A stretch of 64,000 bases of DNA from an uncultured virus (IMG/VR IMGVR_UViG_3300032116_000127) (Duplodnaviria; Heunggongvirae; Uroviricota; Caudoviricetes). The notes beneath the pieces were generated by a model, which made no database searches, was not told the origin of the DNA, and was given only the letters and a program-made list of their open reading frames with translations. Every line of letters begins with the position of its first letter. Position 1 is the first letter of the stretch. The stretch lies in IMG/VR virus record IMGVR_UViG_3300032116_000127. One strand, 5' to 3'. Positions 1-7,818 of the stretch are shown here, in pieces. The position numbers and the translations under genes were made by a program.

Positions 1-182
1 TCTGCTCTTAATGTATCAATCATCGCTCTTGGAGACTCTAGATCAAATCTGTCTCTAATTGTCTGCCATGCAACGTTTTTACCTTTTGATAAAAGGTTAA
101 GCACTTGTTCTTTTTTTGATACTTGTTTCATAGTTCTTCTTGTAGAAGTTCTTGAACCAAATATTTTTCTTAGTATAGTCAT
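1..182 (-). CDS. Small HTH/winged-helix-like protein (3' end outside window)
   Basis: Hand translation MTILRKIFGS...KKEQVLNLLSKGKNVAWQTIRDRFDLESPRAMIDTLRA; AAGGAG RBS at ~193-198; not in ORF track. Confidence 0.6.
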   Translation of the reverse strand, partial: MTILRKIFGSRTSTRRTMKQVSKKEQVLNLLSKGKNVAWQTIRDRFDLESPRAMIDTLRA

Positions 183-236
183 TATATATTTACTCCTTGT
201 TATACTATATTGTTTATTTTTTACTTTACTCCCTAT

Positions 237-265
237 ATTATACTATAAAATTTCTTGGAAGTAAA
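237..265 (-). promoter_or_regulatory. sigma70-type early promoter TTTACT-N17-TATAAT
   Basis: Minus strand TTTACT tccaagaaattttatag TATAAT; identical copy at 10489-10517. Confidence 0.85.
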
Positions 266-273
266 ACCTTTAA

Positions 274-594
274 TTATACTATTAAAGATGGTTTTGTTAT
301 AATATCCAAACCAGAACCAAACATACGATTATATTCGTTAGTTAATGCTTCTGCTGGGATTGATGTTGTTAATATCATATCTGATCTAAAAGTAAATGTT
401 TTATCAGATGAAAAGGGTAGAAATGGTGCGAATGCTAATGACATTCTTTTTGGTTCTTTATTATCTTCACCTGTTAATATAACAGCAGGTGCTTCAACAA
501 TAAGTTCTTTTTCATCTTCTCTAATTACTTTACCAATCATATGTTGACCATTTAACAATACGATTATTTTAACTTGTGGATTATTTTGATTCAT
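274..594 (-). CDS. Sm-like (LSm/Hfq-fold) phage protein
   Basis: VKIIVLLNGQHMIGKV...LIVEAP...LAFAPFLPFS...Y..MFG pattern typical of Sm-like proteins of aquatic T4-like phages. Confidence 0.6.
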   Translation of the reverse strand: MNQNNPQVKIIVLLNGQHMIGKVIREDEKELIVEAPAVILTGEDNKEPKRMSLAFAPFLPFSSDKTFTFRSDMILTTSIPAEALTNEYNRMFGSGLDIITKPSLIV

Positions 595-601
595 AGACTA
601 T

Positions 602-630
602 ATTATACTATAAAAATACTTGTGTGTAAA
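602..630 (-). promoter_or_regulatory. Early promoter TTTACA-N17-TATAAT, probably leaderless
   Basis: -10 box lies 7 nt from the ATG at 594. Confidence 0.8.
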
Positions 631-633
631 GGT

Positions 634-816
634 TTAAAGAATCGGCTCTAATTCATCCTGGAGTAATTCTGATGGTGTTTTTGGAATAGATTTATCTGGG
701 GTTTTTGTTTCTTTTTCAAGATTGAAAGATTCTTCGCACTTGCAACCTTTAAGCAAACAACAAGGAATGCCCAAAGATTCAAGACGAAAAATACAATCTC
801 TTGAGAGATTGCTCAT
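634..816 (-). CDS. Small Cys-rich hypothetical protein
   Basis: 60 aa with C...CCxxxxCxC; packs tightly against the upstream ORF. Confidence 0.5.
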   Translation of the reverse strand: MSNLSRDCIFRLESLGIPCCLLKGCKCEESFNLEKETKTPDKSIPKTPSELLQDELEPIL

Positions 817-818
817 TT

Positions 819-983
819 TTATAGAAAACTTTTAAATGCTGTAAGCATACCTAAAACAAAAATTGAAATAACCATCATATAGACTGTTATTTGACAAATG
901 ATTGGAAGTTTATCCCAATTATTTTTAACAATTTTTTTAGTATTACTTACCCATTTGTTTTCACAAACGTTATAAGGAATCAT
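819..983 (-). CDS. Small membrane protein (54 aa)
   Basis: Hand translation MIPYNVCENKW...IICQITVYMMVISIFVLGMLTAFKSFL; one TM helix. Confidence 0.6.
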   Translation of the reverse strand: MIPYNVCENKWVSNTKKIVKNNWDKLPIICQITVYMMVISIFVLGMLTAFKSFL

Positions 984-1007
984 TTTATTTTATCTCTTAA
1001 TAAGTTT

Positions 1008-1039
1008 GGATTGGTAGAATAATTAAACTCTACCAATCC
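1008..1039 (-). other. Stem-loop downstream of hsp20
   Basis: GGATTGGTAGA / TCTACCAATCC 11-bp inverted repeat; no clear U-tract on the minus strand. Confidence 0.55.
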
Positions 1040-1055
1040 TCTTAAAACAGTATTA

Positions 1056-1508
1056 TTATTTTACTGCTATTTTTTTTGGTTTTTTGTGTTCTGGGATTAT
1101 TCTTTCTAGAACAACTTTTAACATACCATTTAGATACTGAGCATCTTTTACTTCGATGTTATCAGATAATGCAAACGATCTTTCGAATGCACGATTTGCT
1201 ATACCTTTGTATAGTTCAATATCTTTTGAATCTGATTTTGTTTCGTCAGATTTTGATTCACCTTTGATGATTAATTTGTCATCTTCTAATGTGATTTCAA
1301 TATCTGATTTTGCAAACCCAGCAACAGCCACTTCAATAACATATTTGTTATCATCAACTTTTTTTAAGTTGTATGGTGGATAGTTTGGTATCATTTTTCC
1401 AAATGACTCGTGTATATCGTGGAATCGTGCTAATTGATCATCGAATCCTACGAAAAACTTATCGAAGTCTTTGAATGCGTCATTAAAAAAAGTAGGAAGT
1501 CTAGTCAT
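1056..1508 (-). CDS. hsp20: Small heat-shock protein (IbpA-like alpha-crystallin)
   Basis: NYPPYN, IEVAVAGF, YKGIANRAFERSF, A.Y.NGML motifs; usual position near regA. Confidence 0.95.
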   Translation of the reverse strand: MTRLPTFFNDAFKDFDKFFVGFDDQLARFHDIHESFGKMIPNYPPYNLKKVDDNKYVIEVAVAGFAKSDIEITLEDDKLIIKGESKSDETKSDSKDIELYKGIANRAFERSFALSDNIEVKDAQYLNGMLKVVLERIIPEHKKPKKIAVK

Positions 1509-1711
1509 TACTTTCCTCCTTTGCTAACGTTCGCAACAAATGTTTCGCCTAAGCTTACGAATGATTTTGCTAATGTTTTGCTAAAAGTTTGAGTAGCATC
1601 AATAATTGAATTTACTGGTTCTGCTACTTTTGAGTCTTTGATGAATGTTTCAACAACAGACTTTTGTGCGTTTGACAGAGTGTCAATCGCTTGGTTTATG
1701 TGTGCTATCAT
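1508..1711 (-). CDS. Small amphipathic-helix protein, phasin-like
   Basis: 67 aa helical; strong AGGAGG RBS; TAATG stop/start overlap with hsp20; phasin similarity is by eye. Confidence 0.55.
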   Translation of the reverse strand: MIAHINQAIDTLSNAQKSVVETFIKDSKVAEPVNSIIDATQTFSKTLAKSFVSLGETFVANVSKGGK

Positions 1712-1810
1712 TATATCCTCCTATGAAAGCAAGGTTATTATTTACTACTGACTTTCCACTATTGGAACAATCAGGTGTGTTATATTCGATACAACGATCG
1801 AATATACACT
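1709..1810 (-). promoter_or_regulatory. ROSE-like RNA thermometer 5' UTR
   Basis: CCUUGCU-UUCAU-AGGAGG hairpin with bulged G sequesters the SD; two upstream hairpins at 1748-1774 and 1777-1809. Confidence 0.7.
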
Positions 1811-1813
1811 ATT

Positions 1814-1841
1814 ATATAGGTATTATTTTTAAAATTACTAG
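1814..1841 (-). promoter_or_regulatory. RpoH (sigma32)-like promoter CTAGTA-N15-CCTATAT
   Basis: Resembles the alphaproteobacterial CTTGAA-N15/16-CCTATAT consensus; directly upstream of the ROSE-like leader; overlaps a TATAAT. Confidence 0.5.
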
Positions 1842-1854
1842 TACCTATACAATA

Positions 1855-2010
1855 TTATTTATTCAAGTTATTGAATTTATTATCTTTTTTTTTATTCAAT
1901 AAGCTTAAATTTCGTGTCTTTGAGTCTATTTTCTTACCTAAAATAAGACCCATAAAGAATGCCATAACTATAAAAGCAACTATTAATAAAGTATGCCAAA
2001 TATAAAACAT
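1855..2010 (-). CDS. Small membrane protein (51 aa)
   Basis: Hand translation MFYIWHTLLIVAFIVMAFFMGLILGKK... Confidence 0.6.
   Translation of the reverse strand: MFYIWHTLLIVAFIVMAFFMGLILGKKIDSKTRNLSLLNKKKDNKFNNLNK
1864..1890 (-). promoter_or_regulatory. Putative IHF site
   Basis: AAAAAA-N8-ATTCAA-TAAC-TTG, one mismatch to A6-N8-WATCARNNNNTTR. Confidence 0.45.
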
Positions 2011-2011
2011 A

Positions 2012-2419
2012 TTAATCGCTTAGTCTATTAAAACGCACTTTTTTATTAAAAAGTTTTTTAAATTCTGGATTGATCAATACTTCTAGATTGCAATTTCTAA
2101 GTTCATCATCTGAGATATGATAATTCGCCCAATAATTTTGAAAACTGAATTGTGTGCCCAAACACGTCAGTTGATCCACATTAAAATTGTAATCTGTTGT
2201 GTGTATCACTTCCATTGCAAACTCACTCAGCCATTGCCCACACTCAGTGCCACGCATACGACCACCATCCCCATACAATCTTACCCATCCTGGAGAACAG
2301 TCTGAACGATGATAGACAAATCCATGACCATTGTTGTCAGCTGCACTCGCTGTGTTAGTGATAAAGTTTATAGAAAATATAGACAATAAAATTGCTATAC
2401 ATGTTATTATTTTTTTCAT
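2012..2419 (-). CDS. Secreted/periplasmic hypothetical protein
   Basis: Signal peptide MKKIITCIAILLSIFSINFITNTASA; start reassigned to ATG 2419; 4 Cys in mature part. Confidence 0.6.
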   Translation of the reverse strand: MKKIITCIAILLSIFSINFITNTASAADNNGHGFVYHRSDCSPGWVRLYGDGGRMRGTECGQWLSEFAMEVIHTTDYNFNVDQLTCLGTQFSFQNYWANYHISDDELRNCNLEVLINPEFKKLFNKKVRFNRLSD

Positions 2420-2420
2420 A

Positions 2421-2888
2421 TTATTTCGCTCTTTTTCCAATGTTATATTTAGCCACAAGTTCCCAACCTGCTTTGTCTTTATGTGCTAAAACTTTGATTT
2501 GACTTAAAGAAGCTTTGGATGAAATTTGAGCAAGATCTTTAATTTTTAATAATCCCCAATCAGCCAGTAATACAGCTATTGTATTTCTTCTTTCAATATC
2601 GTTTGTAGTAATATTAGATTCTTTTCCATCTAAAGAAAATAATTCTTTAAAATGAACGATAAAATATCTTCCTTGTTTATGTAATATATGACAAGATTGA
2701 TATAGTTTTTTATCAGTACGACTTGCGATACCGATACGTGTTAATGTTTCTCTAATTTTTAAAAAGTTATCTGGTTCGATCAGAAAAACTTCTAACATTT
2801 TGTCTGGACTCCATGCATATGGAACAGACTTATTTGAATCTTCTTTTACAGTCTCTAATGACTCTTGTTTATTTTCAATTTCACTCAT
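2421..2888 (-). CDS. regA: Translational repressor RegA
   Basis: PDNFLKIRETLTRIGIAS...LYQSCHILHKQGRYFIVHFKELF. Confidence 0.97.
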   Translation of the reverse strand: MSEIENKQESLETVKEDSNKSVPYAWSPDKMLEVFLIEPDNFLKIRETLTRIGIASRTDKKLYQSCHILHKQGRYFIVHFKELFSLDGKESNITTNDIERRNTIAVLLADWGLLKIKDLAQISSKASLSQIKVLAHKDKAGWELVAKYNIGKRAK

Positions 2889-3295
2889 TGCGTGCCACCT
2901 TTATAAAATTTTGATTTGATAATTTCAATCTGCTCTGGTTTTAAAAGGGATAATATCTCTTTTGCTTTTTGAGCAGAAACGTTATAATATTCCATAATAA
3001 AGGGTTCATTAGAATCTTTAGATTTTTTTGCCCACTTTTTATTCGAATATCTTTTCTTCTTAGCGACTATATTTAGGTAAAATAGAAATTGCCATTTCTT
3101 TGGAACATAGTGCAAAATGTTGATTTCATTAGCTATTTGGACTGTATCTGGGAACATAGAGAGAGATCTATTAATAATATAAGGCAAATAATCTTCTTCG
3201 AAAGTCTCTGTTTCGTGTAGGTTTTCTTTACTGTAATTGATAGCTGTGACGAACTTAAATGGATTCGTTTTATACTTTTTTACTTCCACTGACAT
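2885..3295 (-). CDS. gp62: Clamp loader small subunit
   Basis: YLPYIINRSLS.F.D...ANE.N; synteny 45-44-62-regA. Confidence 0.9.
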   Translation of the reverse strand: MSVEVKKYKTNPFKFVTAINYSKENLHETETFEEDYLPYIINRSLSMFPDTVQIANEINILHYVPKKWQFLFYLNIVAKKKRYSNKKWAKKSKDSNEPFIMEYYNVSAQKAKEILSLLKPEQIEIIKSKFYKGGTQ

Positions 3296-4233
3296 TTTTT
3301 CATTATCTCTGTCATTGCAGCAATCTTATTAATATTCGCATCTGCTACGAAAGCTGACTTGTATTGATAATCTGCTAGTATTAAAACCAACTCTGGTATT
3401 GAATTCTTTTCAATTGCTGGTTGGCACTTTTCAAATATCTCTGAGAATAAATTTGTAGTATCAATATCTGAATTAAGATCAACCCATTCACGCATTTTAT
3501 CCCACTCTTTATTCTTTAAGTATTTAAATAGTTTTGTATAAGACTCGTCTGATACACCTACAAGAACTCCTGTATCGATAGTACCACCTACAGAATATCT
3601 TTGTAGTTCGTTTAATGTTTTTCTAAAATCAGGAAAAAACTTTTGTATAAGAGTAGCGACTACTTTCTTATCGTATTTTATATTTTCTTTATCAAGAATC
3701 TCAATAACTCTATTGAAAAAATCAGCAGCAATAATTGCTCTTTCATCAGTTGGTATTTTAAAGTCAACTACAGAACATCTTGATTTAATCGGATCAATAA
3801 TTTTATTCTTAAAATTACAAGTAAGTATAAATCTACAATTAGAAGAGAACTCTTCTATAAATGCTCTTAAAGCTGGTTGCATTATATTCGGAGTCATATA
3901 ATCAGCTTCATCTAGGATAATAACTTTTTTTGCTGCAGTCAAAGATACAGTTGAAGCGAATCCTTTAATCTTTACTCTTAGAGTGTCAATCATACGACCC
4001 TCTTCTGAACCATTTATGATTATATACTCAGCACCAATTTCATCACATAATGCACGAGCGACAGTAGTCTTACCAACTCCTGCTGTACCATAAAATAGAA
4101 AATGTGGTATCTGTCCTCCTTTAATGAAAGACTTTAATGTAAGTTTAAAATTTTTAGGTAAGATACATTCGTTGATTGTACGAGGACGATACTTCTCAAC
4201 CCAAACAAATTGATTTTCAGATGTGTTTATCAT
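3280..4233 (-). CDS. gp44: Clamp loader AAA+ subunit
   Basis: WVEKYRP, Walker A GTAGVGKT, DEAD, SRC motif. Confidence 0.97.
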   Translation of the reverse strand: MINTSENQFVWVEKYRPRTINECILPKNFKLTLKSFIKGGQIPHFLFYGTAGVGKTTVARALCDEIGAEYIIINGSEEGRMIDTLRVKIKGFASTVSLTAAKKVIILDEADYMTPNIMQPALRAFIEEFSSNCRFILTCNFKNKIIDPIKSRCSVVDFKIPTDERAIIAADFFNRVIEILDKENIKYDKKVVATLIQKFFPDFRKTLNELQRYSVGGTIDTGVLVGVSDESYTKLFKYLKNKEWDKMREWVDLNSDIDTTNLFSEIFEKCQPAIEKNSIPELVLILADYQYKSAFVADANINKIAAMTEIMKKCQWK

Positions 4234-4250
4234 AATATAATATAGATGTA

Positions 4251-4273
4251 TAATGGGAGTATTCCTCCCATTA
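4251..4273 (-). other. Intergenic hairpin between gp45 and gp44
   Basis: TAATGGGAG-tattc-CTCCCATTA perfect 9-bp stem. Confidence 0.55.
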
Positions 4274-4275
4274 AA

Positions 4276-4977
4276 TTATTTGCCGATTACAGAATCAGAT
4301 TCGATTGCGATGTAATATACTAGCGAACCTTTAGTTGCTGAAAACTTAGATAGTTTTTTGCTATCAACTGTCACTACATAATCTGTAAGTACAATTTTTT
4401 GTAAATTTTCAACTTTCATATTTACTTTAAACTCTTTATCTGACGTACCAATATCTAGATTAAAAGCATTAGCTGTTGATTGTCCTGATTTTGCAGCTTG
4501 TTGTGCTTTTTTATCAGCAACTTCAACACTTACTTTACCATCTTTTGATACGATTGATATATCGCTTACTTTTAAAATTGCTGCTGACTTTGAAATCATA
4601 TCTAAATCTGCTGCTTTTAAATTAAAAGATACATCATTAGAAACAGGCAAACTTTCTTTTGATGGAACAAGTAGCATTTCACTTGCTGCTGAATAGAATT
4701 TAATTTTTTGATGACCTTTAGAAATCATACAAAAATTATCACCAAATGTTAAATCTGCATCTTCCATTAATGTATAAGCTGATAAAAAATCGTTTAATTC
4801 GTATATGCCAAAATTTCCAGAACCATTGATTGGCAAATTCTCTGAAATTTGTGCTACAGCCATTACACTTTTTGCTGGCGATATTGTTGATATTTTATTA
4901 CCATTCTTTAACATTAGATTGGCATTAATTCCTGCGAAGTTTTTCATAATCGCAATTGTTTCTTTACTTAGTTTCAT
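4276..4977 (-). CDS. gp45: Sliding clamp
   Basis: MKLSKETIAIMKNFAGIN, FGIYELNDFL, YYIAIE; AAGGAG RBS favours ATG 4977. Confidence 0.93.
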   Translation of the reverse strand: MKLSKETIAIMKNFAGINANLMLKNGNKISTISPAKSVMAVAQISENLPINGSGNFGIYELNDFLSAYTLMEDADLTFGDNFCMISKGHQKIKFYSAASEMLLVPSKESLPVSNDVSFNLKAADLDMISKSAAILKVSDISIVSKDGKVSVEVADKKAQQAAKSGQSTANAFNLDIGTSDKEFKVNMKVENLQKIVLTDYVVTVDSKKLSKFSATKGSLVYYIAIESDSVIGK

Positions 4978-4979
4978 TC

Positions 4980-5261
4980 TCACTCCTTTTCATTATTAAG
5001 TTTTTCTCCTTGATCGTGTATATATAAAGCAAGAAGAGCATAGTGTAAAATCTTTAAAAGATCTTTACGATTTTGTCCATCTTTATGCCCATACCTTTGA
5101 GCATATTTTAAAACATTGCCTAGTGTAAATCCTAGACCATGACCACAATCAACGATGAACTCTGTTGATTGAAATTTCTTTTTAGAATAATGACCTTTAT
5201 ATGTTTGGTCAATATATTGTTTAAATTCTTTTAATAGTTTATCTTCGTTAAATTTATACAT
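4980..5261 (-). CDS. DUF3310/SaV-like protein
   Basis: GHY...GFTLGNVLKYAQRYG.K...DLLK..HY. Confidence 0.7.
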   Translation of the reverse strand: MYKFNEDKLLKEFKQYIDQTYKGHYSKKKFQSTEFIVDCGHGLGFTLGNVLKYAQRYGHKDGQNRKDLLKILHYALLALYIHDQGEKLNNEKE

Positions 5262-5601
5262 TAGTTAATACATCTTTAAAAAATTGCTTATCTTCTTCTG
5301 TTTTTGATACTTCTGCTCTTATATTAGAATCTCCCACTGGAATAGTTTTAACTATATTATCAGGATTTAATCCTTTCGCAGGAAAAAAATAAACTCCTGG
5401 ACTTATTTTATTAGTTTTAAACAACCAATTTGGGTATCCAATTTTATCTGAATCTGCTTTACGATTTTTTAATAAATTCATATGAGCCGAATAACATTCT
5501 GCTGCTGAAATTACTCCAGTTTTCTCAAGATTTGGGAAAATTGTAATTACTGCATCAACCCATTTTCTTTGAGCTTTAGAAGCATTATCGTATGTTATCA
5601 T
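5254..5601 (-). CDS. Hypothetical protein, paralog A (homologous to the AAA+ N-domain)
   Basis: KIGYPNWLFKTNKISPGVYFFP shared with 5701-6066. Confidence 0.75.
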   Translation of the reverse strand: MITYDNASKAQRKWVDAVITIFPNLEKTGVISAAECYSAHMNLLKNRKADSDKIGYPNWLFKTNKISPGVYFFPAKGLNPDNIVKTIPVGDSNIRAEVSKTEEDKQFFKDVLTNV

Positions 5602-5607
5602 ATCAAT

Positions 5608-5636
5608 ATTATATTATAAATTTTATTGTAAGTAAA
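5608..5636 (-). promoter_or_regulatory. Early promoter TTTACT-N17-TATAAT, probably leaderless
   Basis: -10 box lies 6 nt from ATG 5601. Confidence 0.8.
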
Positions 5637-5700
5637 GTGGGAGAAAAAAGGATAATTTCTTATATGGGACTCCCACTTTACAATTTAATAAAAACTCCCA

Positions 5701-6066
5701 TTAAGAAACTCTTATATCAATACCAAAAGCTTTTAAATCATTTAAAAATGATTTATCTTCTTCTGATACTCTACTAGTAATAACAATTGGTTCAGCTTTA
5801 CCATTTAAAGATTGAGATGCTTTTTGTACTGTCACTCCCTCTGCTGGAAATAAGTATATTCCTCTTTTAATTTTATTAAGTTTAAACAACCAATTTGGAT
5901 ATCCAATTTTTGGAGTACCTGAAACTCTTTGTTTTTCTAATTGTTTAAAAGAGTCATAACATTGTGTTGCTGTAATATACCCTTTACTTACACAATCGGG
6001 TAGAATTTTAGAAACGTTTTCTACCCAACGTTTTTGTGATTTAGTAAGTGAATTCCAAGTTAGCAT
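5701..6066 (-). CDS. Hypothetical protein, paralog B (homologous to the AAA+ N-domain)
   Basis: KIGYPNWLFKLNKIKRGIYLFP; TAATG coupling to the ATPase gene. Confidence 0.75.
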   Translation of the reverse strand: MLTWNSLTKSQKRWVENVSKILPDCVSKGYITATQCYDSFKQLEKQRVSGTPKIGYPNWLFKLNKIKRGIYLFPAEGVTVQKASQSLNGKAEPIVITSRVSEEDKSFLNDLKAFGIDIRVS

Positions 6067-7235
6067 TAAGCACTCACTGTTTGTTGTTGATTAACTACAG
6101 CACTCGCAACTTCAGACTCTGATGGTTTCGGAGCCGAAGTTTCTCTGTTATTTGATACTTTGTCAAACAAATCAATAAAAGCAAGTCTTGTTGCTTCATC
6201 GAATCTATTTGTACATAACTGTATAGATTTATCAATATCTTTAAATACTGAATATGCTCTTACAATATGAACCAATCTTCTTGTAGTAATTGTTTCATCA
6301 ACACCACCTGATTCATTTGTTTTTCTAATCACATCAGCCCACTTAACTAGAGTCTGAGCGAATTTATCATTCTTACATTTATAAGAGTCCATCAGATTTT
6401 TAACAATCTTTAATTCAATCGATGGTGTTGGATATTCTTGTTGGAATGTCACAGCAAATCTCTCTAGAAATGCTTCATTCAAAACATTCGTACCAATATA
6501 TCTTCCATCTTCTGAACCTTTGCCTTTGGTATTCGCTGTGGCGAATATATTAAAACCATTTTTTGGAACGATAATCTCGTTCTTTAATTTAAAGTAGAAT
6601 GGCTTACCCTCTAGAATTGGTTGTAAACATAATAGAGTATTAGCACCACCAGCATCGATCTCATCAAGCAATAATGGGATTCCTAATCTCATTGCTATAA
6701 CAACTGGTCCCTCTACGATTTGTATATTACCATCGACAAGTGTTTTAGTACCGATTAATTGATCTTCGTCTGTTAAGCTGTTTAAATTAACTCTAATTAA
6801 AGAAATTTTATGTTTTGCACAAATTTGTTCAATCGAAGTAGATTTACCATTACCAGTCGGTCCAGTCACAAATGTTGGATAAAATTGTCTAGAAGTTATG
6901 ATAGTTTCTAAGTCTTTATAATTTCCGAATGGGACATAATTACTATCTCTAATTGGAACTAAAGACTTAACATCTAAATTAGAAGATTCAGATTTTACAG
7001 TATCAATTTTAACAACATTATTTGTCACTGAAGAAGAAACACTTGAAAGAGGAATAATATAAGATCCTCTCCCAGTTTTTTGGGCTTTCACCCAGTTATA
7101 AACTTCTGATTTGTTGTCAAACTTAGTAGTTTTAAAAACTTTAACAATCTGTTTCCAATTAAATTTATTCTCATCATTGGAATAAGATTTATGTAGAGAT
7201 TCTACAAACTTTTTTATATTCGCATTATTCATCAT
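6066..7235 (-). CDS. MoxR/CbbQ-family AAA+ ATPase (often labelled CobS-like)
   Basis: GPTGNGKS, LLLDEID, ATANTKGKGS.DGRY.GTNVLNEAFLERF, ITTRRLVHI; start moved to ATG 7235 because 7265 is only 2 nt from the -10 box. Confidence 0.9.
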   Translation of the reverse strand: MMNNANIKKFVESLHKSYSNDENKFNWKQIVKVFKTTKFDNKSEVYNWVKAQKTGRGSYIIPLSSVSSSVTNNVVKIDTVKSESSNLDVKSLVPIRDSNYVPFGNYKDLETIITSRQFYPTFVTGPTGNGKSTSIEQICAKHKISLIRVNLNSLTDEDQLIGTKTLVDGNIQIVEGPVVIAMRLGIPLLLDEIDAGGANTLLCLQPILEGKPFYFKLKNEIIVPKNGFNIFATANTKGKGSEDGRYIGTNVLNEAFLERFAVTFQQEYPTPSIELKIVKNLMDSYKCKNDKFAQTLVKWADVIRKTNESGGVDETITTRRLVHIVRAYSVFKDIDKSIQLCTNRFDEATRLAFIDLFDKVSNNRETSAPKPSESEVASAVVNQQQTVSA

Positions 7236-7267
7236 ATATTTGCCTTTTTTAGTTGGTTTATACATAT

Positions 7268-7337
7268 ATTATAGCATAATTCGTTGAAAAAGTATATACT
7301 TCCAGAAAATAAAAAAGATATATATTTCAATGGTTTA
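7268..7337 (-). promoter_or_regulatory. Promoter TATACT-N17-TATAAT (extended -10) with upstream IHF-like site
   Basis: -10 7268-7273, -35 7291-7296; AAAAAA-N8-TTTCAA-TGGT-TTA at 7311-7337. Confidence 0.65.
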
Positions 7338-7343
7338 GTCATA

Positions 7344-7526
7344 TTATAGTTTTTTATTTTCGTAGTCTTCTAGATTTTCATCGTTTTTTGGTATAATTTT
7401 AACTATTTTTGTCATTACATCCCCAGTGGTTATTTTAATTTCACCCAAAGTAAATAGTGTAGAACCAAAACAACCAGATAAGGATAGTAATATCATAAAT
7501 TTAAATATTAAAATATGGAGTCGCAT
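7344..7526 (-). CDS. Small lipoprotein
   Basis: MRLHILIFKFMILLSLSG-C lipobox; start reassigned to ATG 7526. Confidence 0.55.
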   Translation of the reverse strand: MRLHILIFKFMILLSLSGCFGSTLFTLGEIKITTGDVMTKIVKIIPKNDENLEDYENKKL

Positions 7527-7818
7527 TTTTATATTTGTCAAGCACTTCAACTCTATTCGTAATCCACTCATCAAACAAAGGAAGACTTTTTGAATTAGTG
7601 CCATCCCAATTAATAAATGCAGTTTCAAAAAATTCTATTCTCTCATTAGGAAATTTTTGTTTATGTTCAGCTTGATATTCAACTAATTGTTTTTTCCAAG
7701 CATCAAATAAAGTATCAGACACAAGAGGATTATCTTTATACCAATACATATAAGAATGTATAAGTATTTTAGATCTTAACTCTATAATTTTATCTTTTAA
7801 TGATATTGTTTCAGCCAT
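7501..7818 (-). CDS. Stand-alone NAD+-dependent DNA ligase domain-Ia-like protein
   Basis: HSYMYWYKDNPLVSDTLFD aligns in register with LigA HEYLYHVMDAPEIPDAEYD; no adenylation domain. Confidence 0.7.
   Translation of the reverse strand: MAETISLKDKIIELRSKILIHSYMYWYKDNPLVSDTLFDAWKKQLVEYQAEHKQKFPNERIEFFETAFINWDGTNSKSLPLFDEWITNRVEVLDKYKNATPYFNI

Noticed and set aside
1008..1039. Intrinsic terminator after hsp20
   Set aside because: The stem is strong but has no U-tract on the coding strand, so it is kept only as a stem-loop.
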